A DNA stretch of 64,000 bases from Phycisphaerales bacterium (GCA_020427635.1 JAGQOH010000001.1:26155-90154); one strand, 5' to 3'; positions 46,920-57,602 are shown, numbered from the stretch's first letter. Numbers and translations: made by a program. Notes: generated from the sequence alone by a model not told the origin.

Positions 46920-48268
46920 GCAAGAGCATGCTGATCACGGGCGGGCATGTGATCGACCCGGCCAATGGTGTGGATGAGCCGCGCGATGTGCTGGTTGGCG
47001 AAGATGGACGTATCTCGGCGGTCGAGCGCCCAGGAGTGATCAACGCCGAGCGCGCAGACAAAGTAGTTGACGCGAGTGGGTTGGTTGTTGCGCCGGGGTT
47101 CCTGGACATTCATGTGCATCTGCGCGAGCCGGGCGGGGAGGCGCAAGAGACCATTGAGACGGGCTGCCGAGCGGCGGCAAAGGGCGGGTTTACGAGTGTC
47201 TGGTGCATGCCCAACACCAACCCAACAAACGATTCGGTGTGGGTGACCAGGTACATCCTCGATCGTGCGCGCGAATCGGGCGGCGGCATTCATGTGCATC
47301 CGGTGGCGGCGGTGACGAAGGGGCTGGCGGGCAGGGAACTGAATGATTTCGGGGCGCTGCTTGGCGCGGGGGCCGCGGGGTTCACGGATGATGGGCGGCC
47401 GGTTGAATCGGCAGCGGTGATGCGCACCGCGATGATGCATGCGCGGGATCTTGGGGCCACGATCTTTGATCACTGTGAGGAACTTTCGATCACGGGCGCG
47501 GGGGCGATGCACCTTGGGCCGACGAGCCTGCGGCAGGGGATTCCAGGGATTCCGCGGTCAAGCGAGGCGCTCATTGTGATGCGGGATGGAATGCTGGCAC
47601 TGGAAACGGGGTGCCGATTCCACGTGCAGCATGTGTCGAATCAGGAGTCGGTCGAGGCGATCCGGTGGCTCAAGGCGCGCGGGGCACGAATCACGGCGGA
47701 GGCAAGCCCGCACCACCTGTTGCTCACCGATGAGCGGGTGGGTGAGGGTGAAACAAATGCGAAGATGAAGCCGCCGTTGTGCGAAGAAGCCGATCGGCAG
47801 GCGATCGTCGCGGCGTTGGAGGATGGCACACTCGACTGCATCGCCACGGACCACGCGCCGCACACCGCGAGTGCGAAGGCGAGGGGATTTGCCGAAGCGC
47901 CATTCGGGATCATCGGGATGGAGACGGCGTTCGCAAGCCTGCATACCGGGTTCGTGGTGCGTGGAAAGTGGACGCTGCGGTTCCTGATCGAGCAACTGAC
48001 GAGCGCGCCGGCCAAGGTGATGGCAGGAGCAATGGGCGAGGGCAAGGGGACGCTTGGCAGTGGCGCGCCTGCTGACCTCGTGTTGATCGATCCGAAGGCG
48101 ACGTGGCGGTTCGAAGAGCGGCATGTGGGCTCAAGGTCCAGGAACTGCCCCTGGATTGGGGAGACATTTCGGGGCCGCGTCGAGGCGACGTTTGCGGGTG
48201 GGCGGTGCGTGTATCGGGTGGTGGATGCGGGCGCGAGCTTGGCGCGAGCAGCGTCGGCGGGAACCTGA
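46916..48268 (+). CDS. pyrC: dihydroorotase
   Basis: PGFLDIHVHLREPG...DHAPH motifs. ATGA overlap with pyrB. Confidence 0.92.
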   Translation: MSKSMLITGGHVIDPANGVDEPRDVLVGEDGRISAVERPGVINAERADKVVDASGLVVAPGFLDIHVHLREPGGEAQETIETGCRAAAKGGFTSVWCMPNTNPTNDSVWVTRYILDRARESGGGIHVHPVAAVTKGLAGRELNDFGALLGAGAAGFTDDGRPVESAAVMRTAMMHARDLGATIFDHCEELSITGAGAMHLGPTSLRQGIPGIPRSSEALIVMRDGMLALETGCRFHVQHVSNQESVEAIRWLKARGARITAEASPHHLLLTDERVGEGETNAKMKPPLCEEADRQAIVAALEDGTLDCIATDHAPHTASAKARGFAEAPFGIIGMETAFASLHTGFVVRGKWTLRFLIEQLTSAPAKVMAGAMGEGKGTLGSGAPADLVLIDPKATWRFEERHVGSRSRNCPWIGETFRGRVEATFAGGRCVYRVVDAGASLARAASAGT

Positions 48269-48389
48269 TACAATGTGCCTTTGATGATGAAGCAAGCGGT
48301 GGTTGGGGGTGCGTGTTGGGCGACCTCGGGTCGTGCCTCAATCGCATTGCCCGATCCGCAGGACGTGCAAACCAAGACGTGTTGGCAAA

Positions 48390-48416
48390 GGCCCGTGACC
48401 CGGGCCTTTTTGTTTG
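48390..48416 (+). terminator. intrinsic terminator/attenuator between pyrC and pyrF
   Basis: ggcccg-tgacc-cgggcc followed by tttttgttt, 26 nt before the pyrF ATG. Confidence 0.55.
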
Positions 48417-48441
48417 GCCGCGTCGTGCGTGGAGGCGCGTC

Positions 48442-49290
48442 ATGAGCGTCGTGCTGCGCAAGCTTGCGAGGTCGATTGAGCGGGCGGGCGCGCCGCTCTC
48501 GGTCGGGCTTGAGCCTTCGCCGGCGTATGTGCATCCAATCTTTGGCGAGGGCATCAAGGGGCTCGAGCAGTTTCTGCTGTGCATCATCGAGGCGACGCAT
48601 GACCTCGCGGCGGCAGTGAAGCCCAACGTGGCGTTTTTTGAAAGCCTGGGCTCGCGCGGATGGGCGATGTTGGAACGTGTGCGAGCGAACGTGCCTGACG
48701 AGATGTTTGTCATCATCGATGCCAAACGTGGCGACATTGGCACGACTGCCGAGCACTATGCGCGAGCAGTGTTTGGCAATCTCGGCGCGGATGCGGTCAC
48801 CGTGAATCCATTGATGGGCGCGGACAGCGTCGAGCCCTTCCTGAGTTGGGGCGATCGGCTGACGTATCTGCTGTGCCTGACGTCGAATCTCGGCGCGGGA
48901 GACTTCCTCGAGCGTGACGACCTTGCGATGCGGATTGCGGAGCGCGCGGTGCGCTGGGACCAGGGGCGCGGGCGCCTTGGCTTGGTTGTGGGTGCGACGA
49001 AGGACGGGCAGCGCGTGAGGCAGATTCGCAGCATTGCCCCGGAGCTGCCCATGTTGATTCCGGGCATCGGTGCGCAGGGCGGCTCGATGGACGTGGCATG
49101 GCAAGGTGCGCGCCCCGGTGCGGGACTTGGCGATTGTGGCGTGCTGATGCATGTTTCGCGGAGCATCCTGCCCATGCCCAAAGAGCCGATCCACTCCGAG
49201 ATGCAGTTTGTCGAGATGGTGCGGAAGAGGGCGATGGCCCTGCGCGGCGTGATGAGCGAGGCAATGTCCAAGGAAGGAAGCCCCGCATGA
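48442..49290 (+). CDS. pyrF: orotidine 5'-phosphate decarboxylase (type 2)
   Basis: ORF 48103..49290, ATG at 48442 (MSVVLRKLARSIERAGAPLSVGLEP...). DAKRGDIGTT motif. Confidence 0.88.
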   Translation: MSVVLRKLARSIERAGAPLSVGLEPSPAYVHPIFGEGIKGLEQFLLCIIEATHDLAAAVKPNVAFFESLGSRGWAMLERVRANVPDEMFVIIDAKRGDIGTTAEHYARAVFGNLGADAVTVNPLMGADSVEPFLSWGDRLTYLLCLTSNLGAGDFLERDDLAMRIAERAVRWDQGRGRLGLVVGATKDGQRVRQIRSIAPELPMLIPGIGAQGGSMDVAWQGARPGAGLGDCGVLMHVSRSILPMPKEPIHSEMQFVEMVRKRAMALRGVMSEAMSKEGSPA

Positions 49291-49904
49291 GCGTGCGCAT
49301 CGACAAACGCGCGGCGGTGGAAGTCGAGCGACTTCTCGAGTCGACCGGCGCACTGTTGCGCGGCCATTTCAAGCTGAGTTCGGGGCTGCACTCGGATCGG
49401 TATTGCCAGTGCGCACGGTTGTTTGAGGACCCGGCAAGCGCCGGGCGCGTTGCGGGGCTCATGGCGCAGCAACTTGCAGGTGTGCAGGTGGATGTGGTGC
49501 TGGCACCGGCACTGGGTGGGATCCTCTGGGGCTATGAGCTTGCGCGCGCCCTTGGTGTGCGGTCGGTCTTTGCTGAGCGTGTCGGGACAGACTTTACGCT
49601 TCGGCGCGGGTTTGCCCTAGCGCAGAGCGAGCGCGTGCTGCTCGCGGAAGATGTCATCACGACGGGCAAGAGTGTCATGGAACTCGCGCCCTTGGTTGAG
49701 GCCGCGGGTGCGCAGGTTGTCGGTATTGCGGCGGTCGTCGATCGGAGCAAGGGCAGCTTTGCGCCCGCGGGCATCCCGGTGTGGGCGATGTGTCAACTGG
49801 AATTCAACGTGTGGGAGGCGAAGAACGTCCCGCCTGCAATCGCAGAGATGCCCGCAGTCAAGCCAGGTTCGCGCCCAGGCGCAAGCACGAGTTCGGCGGT
49901 GTAA
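49287..49904 (+). CDS. pyrE: orotate phosphoribosyltransferase
   Basis: ATGA overlap with pyrF. GHFKLSSGLHS...LLAEDVITTGKS PRPP motif. Confidence 0.88.
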   Translation: MSVRIDKRAAVEVERLLESTGALLRGHFKLSSGLHSDRYCQCARLFEDPASAGRVAGLMAQQLAGVQVDVVLAPALGGILWGYELARALGVRSVFAERVGTDFTLRRGFALAQSERVLLAEDVITTGKSVMELAPLVEAAGAQVVGIAAVVDRSKGSFAPAGIPVWAMCQLEFNVWEAKNVPPAIAEMPAVKPGSRPGASTSSAV

Positions 49905-49921
49905 CCCATGGAGGAGGGGCA

Positions 49922-51121
49922 ATGGTCAGCACATCGGACAGTGGCACGCCAATTGTGCAAGGAGCGTCAGCCGTGGCGGATGTGATGGGCGAGCCTGTGC
50001 GCATCGATCTGCCGCGCGCCGAGCCGATTGCCGCGCGCCGTCGCGCAATGCTCGAGCTCGAAGACGGCACGACGTTCCAGGGGCGCGCATTCGGGGCCGC
50101 GACTGCTGTTGCGGGCGAGACGGTGTTCAACACGGGGATGGTTGGATATGTCGAATCGCTGACGGACCCTTCATACCGCGGACAGCTGGTGGTGTGTACG
50201 TATCCGTTGATCGGCAACTACGGTGTGCCGAGAGACGCGCAGCGCGACGGCCTGTCAACGTCATTCGAGAGCGACCAGATTCATGCGTCGGCCATCGTTG
50301 TGGGGGACTATTCAGAGACGCAGAGCCACTGGGCGCAGGGGCGTTCGCTCTCGGAATGGCTGGTTGATGAACAAGTGCCGGGCATCACCGGTGTCGACAC
50401 GCGCAAGCTGACGCAGATTCTCCGTGAGCGTGGCTCGATGCTGGGGCGCATAGTGATTGAAGGTGGGGTGCCGCCCGCCTGGCGCGATCCGAACAAGGAC
50501 AACTTGGTTGCGGAGGTGTCGACGAAAGCACCGGTGTTGTATGGCGAAGGAAAGGGCAAGTCGCGCGTGCTGCTGATCGACACGGGCGCGAAATTCAACA
50601 TCGTGCACAGTTTGCTGGAGCGAGGTGTGGAAGTGCTGCGCGTGCCTTGGGATGACGATGTGCCTGCTCGTCTGGAGCGTGGAGAGGTTGCCGGCTTGAT
50701 GCTCTCGAATGGTCCGGGTGACCCGACGATGGCGGGCAAGGCGGTCGAAAGTGTGCGCACAGCGATTGCCAAGAACGTGCCGACGTTTGGCATTTGCCTG
50801 GGCAATCAATTGCTAGCGCTCGCGATCGGTGCGAAGACATACAAACTCAAGTATGGCCATCGCGGGCAGAATCAGCCGGTGATCGAATGCGGCACGACGC
50901 GCTGCTTCGTGACGAGCCAGAATCACGGGTATGCGGTGGATTCTCACAGTTTGCCGCGCGATTGGCGGCCATGGTTCGAAAATCTCAACGACAAGACGAA
51001 TGAGGGTATCCGGCACAGCTATGGCCCATTCCGGAGTGTGCAGTTTCATCCGGAGGCGTGCCCGGGGCCTGTGGACACGGCGTTCTTGTTTGACGAATTC
51101 GTGGGGATGCTGCGGCGCTGA
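49922..51121 (+). CDS. carA: carbamoyl-phosphate synthase small (glutaminase) subunit
   Basis: ATG at 49922 after ggaggagggg. MVGYVESLTDPSY, GICLGNQ and a His-Glu region. Confidence 0.9.
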   Translation: MVSTSDSGTPIVQGASAVADVMGEPVRIDLPRAEPIAARRRAMLELEDGTTFQGRAFGAATAVAGETVFNTGMVGYVESLTDPSYRGQLVVCTYPLIGNYGVPRDAQRDGLSTSFESDQIHASAIVVGDYSETQSHWAQGRSLSEWLVDEQVPGITGVDTRKLTQILRERGSMLGRIVIEGGVPPAWRDPNKDNLVAEVSTKAPVLYGEGKGKSRVLLIDTGAKFNIVHSLLERGVEVLRVPWDDDVPARLERGEVAGLMLSNGPGDPTMAGKAVESVRTAIAKNVPTFGICLGNQLLALAIGAKTYKLKYGHRGQNQPVIECGTTRCFVTSQNHGYAVDSHSLPRDWRPWFENLNDKTNEGIRHSYGPFRSVQFHPEACPGPVDTAFLFDEFVGMLRR

Positions 51122-51142
51122 GCGTGCGCGCACGGAGGAGCG

Positions 51143-54100
51143 ATGTCGCAGAAGCTTCCAAAGAGTGTGCTGATCCTTGGATCGAGTGCGCTGAAGATTG
51201 GTGAGGCCGGCGAGTTTGATTACTCGGGGTCGCAGGCAATCAAGGCGCTCAAGGAAGAAGGCGTTCGGACGATCCTGATCAATCCGAACATTGCGACGAT
51301 TCAGACGAGCGACTATCTGGCGGACGAGGTGTATTTCCTGCCGATCACGCCTGACTTTGTTGAAGAGGTGATCGCCAAGGAGAAGCCGGAGGGCTTGTTA
51401 CTGAGCTTTGGCGGGCAGACTGCGTTGAACTGCGGCTTGCAGTTGCATGATGCGGGCGTCTTGAAGAAGCACAACGTGCGTGTGCTGGGCACGCCTGTCG
51501 AGACGATTCGCAACACGGAAGATCGTGATCTGTTCGTCAAGCGACTCAATGAAGTTGGCGCGAAGTCGGCGCGAAGCAAGGTTGCAACAACGCCCGAGGA
51601 TGCGGCGGCGGTGGCCAAGCAACTTGGGCTGCCCGTGATGCTGCGCGTTGCGTATGCACTGGGTGGACTTGGGAGCGGGGTGTGCCGGAGCGAGCAGGAG
51701 GTTGAAGAACACGCTGCGCGGGCGCTGGCGCATGCGCCGCAGGTGCTGGTCGAGGAGTATCTCGAAGGCTGGAAGGAAGTTGAGTACGAAGTGGTGCGCG
51801 ACAAGTTCGACAACTGCATCACTGTGTGCAACATGGAGAACTTCGATCCGCTTGGCATTCACACCGGCGAGTCGATCGTCGTTGCGCCCTCGCAGACCTT
51901 GAGCAATCGTGAGTATCACAAGCTGCGCGAGATCTCGATTCGCGTGATTCGCCACTTGGGCATCGTGGGCGAGTGCAACATCCAGTTTGGGCTTGATCCC
52001 AAGAGCGAGGACTACCGCATCATCGAAGTCAATGCGCGGCTCAGCCGCAGCTCAGCACTGGCGAGCAAAGCGACTGGCTACCCATTGGCGTTTGTCGCGG
52101 CGAAGCTCGCGCTTGGGCGCGGGCTGTTCGAATTGAAGAATTCGATCACCGGCGTGACGAGCGCGTTCTTCGAGCCGGCACTTGATTACTGTGTCGTGAA
52201 GATCCCGCGATGGGACTTGAAGAAGTTCCGAGGCGTGTCGCGCAAGCTGGGCAGCGGGATGAAGTCCGTCGGCGAGGTCATGGCGATCGGACGTACTTTT
52301 GAAGAAGCGATTCAAAAGGCGCTGCGCATGCTTGATTTGGGCAAGCACGGACTGGTTGCCAATGGGCCATATGAAACGGTTGATCTTGACCGCGATCTAC
52401 GCGAACCAACGGATGACCGGATCTTCGCAGTGGTGGAGGCTTTTCGACGCGGCTACACGGTGGATCGTATCCATGAGCTGAGTCACATCGATCGCTGGTT
52501 CCTTGACAAGGTTGCCAACGTCGTATGGACGAGCGTGCAGTTTGAAGCGATGCGCCGAACCGGCGGCGATGTCATCAGCGAGCTTGACGAATCGACAATG
52601 CGCACTGCAAAGCGGCAAGGCTTCTCTGATAAGGCCATCGGGCGATTGATCGGCGTAACCGATCAGGATGTGCGCACACGGCGGAAGGCGCTTGGCGTGC
52701 GACCCCATGTGCGGCAGATTGACACGCTTGCGGCAGAATACCCGGCGCAGACCAACTACTTGTATCTCACGTACAACGCGGATCGATCAGACGGCGCATT
52801 TCCTGTCGAGAACGCTGTCCTCTTGCTCGGTTCTGGGGCGTACCGCATTGGCTGTTCGGTCGAGTTTGATTGGTGTTGTGTGACCGCCGGGCTCACGCTG
52901 CGCGAGATGGGCTATCGCACTGTGATGCTCAACTACAATCCGGAGACCGTGAGCACGGACTACGACGAGTTTCACCAGTTGTTCTTCGAGGAGATCAGTT
53001 TCGAGAGCGTGCAGGACATTTGCGACATCGTGCGCCCACTTGGCGTTGTCTTGGCAATGGGTGGACAAATCGCCAACAACCTCGCGGTGCGATTGGATGG
53101 GGTTGGCATCAACATTCTCGGGACGCCGGCGAAGTCAATTGATTCAGCCGAGAGTCGGCACAAGTTCAGTGCGCTGCTTGATGAGCTTGACATCGACCAG
53201 CCCGAGTGGCGCGAAGTGACGACGATTGATGACGCCTTGGCCTTTGCGAAGGACGTGGGCTATCCGGTGCTGGTGCGTCCGAGCTACGTGTTGTCCGGGG
53301 CCGCGATGGCGGTGGCATCGACCGACAAGGAGTTCGTGCGGTACCTGGAGCGTGCGGCACGGGTGTCGCCCGAGTATCCGCTGGTCGTGTCAAAGTTCTT
53401 GGTCAATGCGAAAGAAATCGAGTTTGATGCGGTAGCGGATCGAGGTGAGATCGTCGTCTATGCGATCTCGGAGCACGTGGAGAATGCCGGCGTGCACTCG
53501 GGTGATGCGACACTCGTCTTTCCGGCGCAGCGCATGTACTTTGAGACGATCCGGCGCATTCGGAACATCGCGCGCAAGATCGCCAAGCGGCTCGAGATCA
53601 CGGGGCCTTTCAATATCCAATTCATTGCGAAGGACAATCGCGTGCGCGTGATCGAGTGCAACCTGCGCGCGTCGAGGTCATTCCCCTTCGTGTCGAAGGT
53701 GATCAACCAGAACTTCATCGAGCTTGCAACGCGCATCATCCTGGGGCGGCCCTATGAGCGCCCGGACAAGCAGGCGTTTGAGTTGCACCATGTGGGTGTG
53801 AAGGCGCCGCAGTTCTCATTCACGCGGCTGGATGGCGCGGACCCCACGCTCGGCGTTGAAATGGCGTCCACGGGCGAAGTGGGGTGCTTGGGTGATGACT
53901 TCAACGAGGCATTTCTCAAGGCGTTGTTGTCAGTCGGGTATCGGCGCCCCATCCGGTCGATTCTGCTGTCGGTCGGCTCAACTGAGAACAAGGTCGCGCT
54001 GTTGAGCGCCATGCGCCAGCTCGCGTCGCTTGGAGTGAAGCTCTATGCAACGCCTGGCACCGCACAGTTCCTCGATGAACACGATGTGGAGGTCACGCAT

Positions 54101-54394
54101 TGTGGCCTGCCTTTGGAAGAGCGGGGCAGTGATGGAAGGCCCGGGGGGGCTGCGGATCTCATCCGCAAGCGTGGGGTCGACTTGGTCATCAATACGCCCA
54201 GTCACGACAAGGAAGACGAGTTGACCAATGGCTATGTGATCCGGCGCGCAGCAGCGGATTTCAATGTACCCCTGGTTACGAATTGCCAGATTGCCGAGCG
54301 GTTGGCGGAAGCGATGGCCGCAGTGCGGCGTGGTGACAGCACGTTGGAGATTAAGAGCTGGCAGTCCTATGCAGATGCGCCCCTGGAGGTGTGA
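51143..54394 (+). CDS. carB: carbamoyl-phosphate synthase large subunit
   Basis: 1083 aa with duplicated ATP-grasp halves and an MGS-like C-terminus. ILGSSALKIGEAGEFDYSGSQA N-terminus. Confidence 0.95.
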   Translation: MSQKLPKSVLILGSSALKIGEAGEFDYSGSQAIKALKEEGVRTILINPNIATIQTSDYLADEVYFLPITPDFVEEVIAKEKPEGLLLSFGGQTALNCGLQLHDAGVLKKHNVRVLGTPVETIRNTEDRDLFVKRLNEVGAKSARSKVATTPEDAAAVAKQLGLPVMLRVAYALGGLGSGVCRSEQEVEEHAARALAHAPQVLVEEYLEGWKEVEYEVVRDKFDNCITVCNMENFDPLGIHTGESIVVAPSQTLSNREYHKLREISIRVIRHLGIVGECNIQFGLDPKSEDYRIIEVNARLSRSSALASKATGYPLAFVAAKLALGRGLFELKNSITGVTSAFFEPALDYCVVKIPRWDLKKFRGVSRKLGSGMKSVGEVMAIGRTFEEAIQKALRMLDLGKHGLVANGPYETVDLDRDLREPTDDRIFAVVEAFRRGYTVDRIHELSHIDRWFLDKVANVVWTSVQFEAMRRTGGDVISELDESTMRTAKRQGFSDKAIGRLIGVTDQDVRTRRKALGVRPHVRQIDTLAAEYPAQTNYLYLTYNADRSDGAFPVENAVLLLGSGAYRIGCSVEFDWCCVTAGLTLREMGYRTVMLNYNPETVSTDYDEFHQLFFEEISFESVQDICDIVRPLGVVLAMGGQIANNLAVRLDGVGINILGTPAKSIDSAESRHKFSALLDELDIDQPEWREVTTIDDALAFAKDVGYPVLVRPSYVLSGAAMAVASTDKEFVRYLERAARVSPEYPLVVSKFLVNAKEIEFDAVADRGEIVVYAISEHVENAGVHSGDATLVFPAQRMYFETIRRIRNIARKIAKRLEITGPFNIQFIAKDNRVRVIECNLRASRSFPFVSKVINQNFIELATRIILGRPYERPDKQAFELHHVGVKAPQFSFTRLDGADPTLGVEMASTGEVGCLGDDFNEAFLKALLSVGYRRPIRSILLSVGSTENKVALLSAMRQLASLGVKLYATPGTAQFLDEHDVEVTHCGLPLEERGSDGRPGGAADLIRKRGVDLVINTPSHDKEDELTNGYVIRRAAADFNVPLVTNCQIAERLAEAMAAVRRGDSTLEIKSWQSYADAPLEV

Positions 54395-54415
54395 AACTGG
54401 GCGCACGAATGACGC

Positions 54416-54434
54416 AAACCGGACCTTCCGGTTT
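54416..54434 (+). terminator. hairpin aaaccgga-cct-tccggttt after carB
   Basis: 8-bp stem 22 nt after the carB stop. The T-run is only within the stem, so this is a weak call. Confidence 0.35.
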
Positions 54435-54529
54435 ACCCAAATGCGGGCAGTTGGAAATATCGGGCTGGGTCCTTGCACGGAGCGCGGTATGCTCCGACCG
54501 TGGCATTCCCTTTTTCTGGAGGAAGACGC

Positions 54530-56866
54530 ATGGCCCTGAAGGCGTTCGGCGCGGTCAATCGTGCATTGCTGGTCGGTTCGGCATTGGTGCTTGGCGTGGG
54601 TGCTGTTGCGATGGCGCACAGTGACGACCCCAAGGCGCTCGACCGCAACGGGCACTACATGGGGAACGGCTGGACCGCCGGTCGCGGCTGGCTTGGTGCG
54701 CCTGCTGAGGTCCTGGGGCAACAGGCCGTGGAGCGCGATCTTGGGCCCGATGGCCTGCTTGGGCCGGGCTTTGCCGCGAACAACGTGCAGTTGCATGCGT
54801 GGCTTTCGCCAAGCGATCTGGGTTCGCCGACCGGCGAAGGCGCCGACTGCTGGGGCTATGTTTCGGGCAGCGGGCGCGAGTATGCCCTGATCACCTTGAC
54901 GAATGCAACGGTCTTCGTCGAGGTGACAGACCCGAACAATCCCGTGGTCATTCACACGGATACCGCAGTGCCGAACAGCATCTGGCACGACATCAAGACC
55001 TTTGGCACCTATGCCTATGCGGTTTCCGAGGGCGGCCAAGGCATTCGTGTGTACAACCTTGCGAACATCGACAGCGGCGTCGTGACGCGTCTGTCTGACG
55101 TCACGACTGGTGGCGTGACCTCGAGCCACAACATCGCGATCGACACGACCAGTGGCTTCATCTATCGCTGCGGCGGCTCGTCCGGATTGGGTATTCGCTT
55201 CTACGACATCAACGCGAATCCTGCAGCGCCCGTGTATGTCGGGCAATGGACCGATCGCTATGTGCATGACGCACAGATCGTGACGTATACGAGCGGTCCC
55301 TACGCGGGCAAGCAGGTGGCCTTCTGCTGCTCGGGCTTTGGCAACGGCAGCACGGACACCGCCCTCTCGATCGTCGACGTAACGAACAAGGCAGCGCCCG
55401 TGGTGATGTCGATCACCCCCTATTCCTCGCGGGCCTATTGCCACCAGGGCTGGCTGAGCGAGGATCGCCAGTACTTCTATCTGGACGACGAGCTGGACGA
55501 GCAGACCTTTGGCGGCACGACGACGACGCGCATCATGGATGTGTCGAATCTCAACGCCCCGGTCGAACTGCCCAGCTATACCAACGGCATCAATTCGATC
55601 GACCACAACCTGTACACGAAGAATGGTCTTGCCTACGCGGCGAACTACCGTTCGGGTCTGCGCGTGCATGACCTCTCGAACCCCACAGCGCCCGTCGAAG
55701 TTGGCTTCTTTGATACTTATCCGGAAGGCGATGGCGCAAGCTTCAACGGCGCTTGGAGCAACTATCCGTACCTGCCGAGCGGCACGATCATCGTGAGCGA
55801 TATCGAGCGAGGCTTGTTCGTGCTGCGGTACTCGGTGCCGGAGTTGGCGCTGTGGCTTCCCTCGGGCGAGAAGGACTTGGTCAACCCGTTTGGCGATCAA
55901 CTCGACATTCAGATCGACGAGATCAATGGCGGCCAGTTCTCGTCAGGCCGCATGTATGTGGATACAGGCGCGGGTTTCGTCTCGTCGCCCTTGAGTGATC
56001 TGGGTGGCGGGCAGTATCGGGGGCTCTTCCCCTCGAGCGGCTGCGGCGATCCGGTCAGCTACTACATTGAGGCGGACAGCGTGGGTGGGCAAACGCTCGT
56101 GCTGCCGGTTGGCGCCCCGACGAACGTGTACCAAGCCATCTCAGGCACCGGGCAGGTCAATACGTATCTCGATGATGTCGAGGTCGACTTGGGATGGAGC
56201 ACATCGGCAGACGGCACCGTGACCTCGGGCTTCTGGGAGCTTGCGGATCCGGAAGGCACCGGCGCCCAGCCCGAAGACGACGCGTCGCCGGCGGGTTCGC
56301 TTTGCTGGGTCACCGGGCCGCTGGCGGGCACATCGGTCGGTTCATTCGACATCGATGGTGGCGCCGTGACGCTGGACTCACCCAGCATGGATGCGACGAG
56401 CGGCAGCGGGATTCCGTTTGTCGGCTACTCGCGCTGGTACTCCAATGACGCGGGCGCCGATCCGAACAACGATTCGATGACGGTGCTCATCTCGAACGAC
56501 GGTGGCGCGAATTGGGCCCTGCTCGAGTTGGTGACGGAGAATTTGGGCGTGTGGGAACCCAAGCAGTTCCGCGTTGATGACTTTGTCACGCCGACGGGCA
56601 ACATGGTGCTGCGGTTCATCGCGAGCGACCTGGGCGCGGGTTCGGTGGTCGAGGCGGGCATCGATGATGTTCGGATCGACTTCCTGCAGTGCGCTACGGT
56701 CATCCCGGGCGATGTCACGGGCGATGGCTGCGTCGATCTGAACGACCTGTCTGTGGTGCTGTTCAACTTCGGCGCCAACACGTCAACGGGCGACACCGAC
56801 GGCAACAACGTCGTCGACCTCGCAGATCTGTCGAACGTTCTGTTCTACTTTGGATCGGGCTGCTGA
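54530..56866 (+). CDS. LVIVD-repeat / choice-of-anchor-B-like secreted protein with C-terminal dockerin-like repeats
   Basis: ORF 54473..56866, ATG at 54530 with a signal peptide. Beta-propeller-like repeats (HDIKTFGTYAYAV, HNIAIDT, HDAQIV...). C-terminal DVTGDGCVDLNDLSVVL...DTDGNNVVDLADLSNVL. Confidence 0.7.
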   Translation: MALKAFGAVNRALLVGSALVLGVGAVAMAHSDDPKALDRNGHYMGNGWTAGRGWLGAPAEVLGQQAVERDLGPDGLLGPGFAANNVQLHAWLSPSDLGSPTGEGADCWGYVSGSGREYALITLTNATVFVEVTDPNNPVVIHTDTAVPNSIWHDIKTFGTYAYAVSEGGQGIRVYNLANIDSGVVTRLSDVTTGGVTSSHNIAIDTTSGFIYRCGGSSGLGIRFYDINANPAAPVYVGQWTDRYVHDAQIVTYTSGPYAGKQVAFCCSGFGNGSTDTALSIVDVTNKAAPVVMSITPYSSRAYCHQGWLSEDRQYFYLDDELDEQTFGGTTTTRIMDVSNLNAPVELPSYTNGINSIDHNLYTKNGLAYAANYRSGLRVHDLSNPTAPVEVGFFDTYPEGDGASFNGAWSNYPYLPSGTIIVSDIERGLFVLRYSVPELALWLPSGEKDLVNPFGDQLDIQIDEINGGQFSSGRMYVDTGAGFVSSPLSDLGGGQYRGLFPSSGCGDPVSYYIEADSVGGQTLVLPVGAPTNVYQAISGTGQVNTYLDDVEVDLGWSTSADGTVTSGFWELADPEGTGAQPEDDASPAGSLCWVTGPLAGTSVGSFDIDGGAVTLDSPSMDATSGSGIPFVGYSRWYSNDAGADPNNDSMTVLISNDGGANWALLELVTENLGVWEPKQFRVDDFVTPTGNMVLRFIASDLGAGSVVEAGIDDVRIDFLQCATVIPGDVTGDGCVDLNDLSVVLFNFGANTSTGDTDGNNVVDLADLSNVLFYFGSGC

Positions 56867-56900
56867 CCACGCTGCCCAGCATGGATGACGTGAGGCGATC

Positions 56901-57551
56901 ATGACGCAACCGAAGACTTCGGCGAAGGGATCGCCGCGCGCCACGGGTGGCGGCAAGAAGAAGGTCGCGGTGGGCGGCGCAGGGGCCGTCGTGCTGGCGA
57001 TCGTTGTGCTCGCGGTTCAGCACTTCACAGGTGTTGATCTTACTGGCCAGGGCGCGAAGGCGGGCGATGGCGACCAGCCCGTCGCCCGGCAGACCAGCCG
57101 CGCATCGGGCAACCCCCAGTCGCCCGCGAGCGCCACCAAGGCGCCCGCATCGCCACCCAAGGCGACCAAGCAGGCAAACCCGCCGGTGCAGGATCCGACC
57201 GACGACGCAGTCGCGGCCCAAGGAGTGCAAGCGATGAAAGAAGCGTTTGCCAACGGCCAGTCGGATCTGATCGTCGAGGCGGCGGGGCGCATCATCAAGG
57301 TGCTGCCCGACGATCACGAAGGCGATCGGCACCAGCGCTTCATTCTGAAGACGGCGACTGGACAGACAGTGCTTGTGGCGCACAACATCGATCTGGCGCC
57401 GCGCGTGCCCGTGCGCGAGGGCGATTTCGTTCGATTCAAGGGTGAGTATGAATGGTCGGAGCAGGGGGGCGTGATCCACTGGACGCACCACGATCCCAAG
57501 GGCTGGCGCGATGATGGCTGGATCGAGCACGACGGCAAGCTCTATCAGTAG
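56901..57551 (+). CDS. DUF3465-family protein
   Basis: TM helix, low-complexity linker, then VLPDDHEGDRHQRFILKTATGQTVLVAHNIDLAPRVP...GGVIHWTHHDP. Confidence 0.7.
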   Translation: MTQPKTSAKGSPRATGGGKKKVAVGGAGAVVLAIVVLAVQHFTGVDLTGQGAKAGDGDQPVARQTSRASGNPQSPASATKAPASPPKATKQANPPVQDPTDDAVAAQGVQAMKEAFANGQSDLIVEAAGRIIKVLPDDHEGDRHQRFILKTATGQTVLVAHNIDLAPRVPVREGDFVRFKGEYEWSEQGGVIHWTHHDPKGWRDDGWIEHDGKLYQ

Positions 57552-57602
57552 GCGTTGCCCTGGACGTTGCAGCCTGGGGCGTTCGATGTCACCCTGTCGG
57601 GG

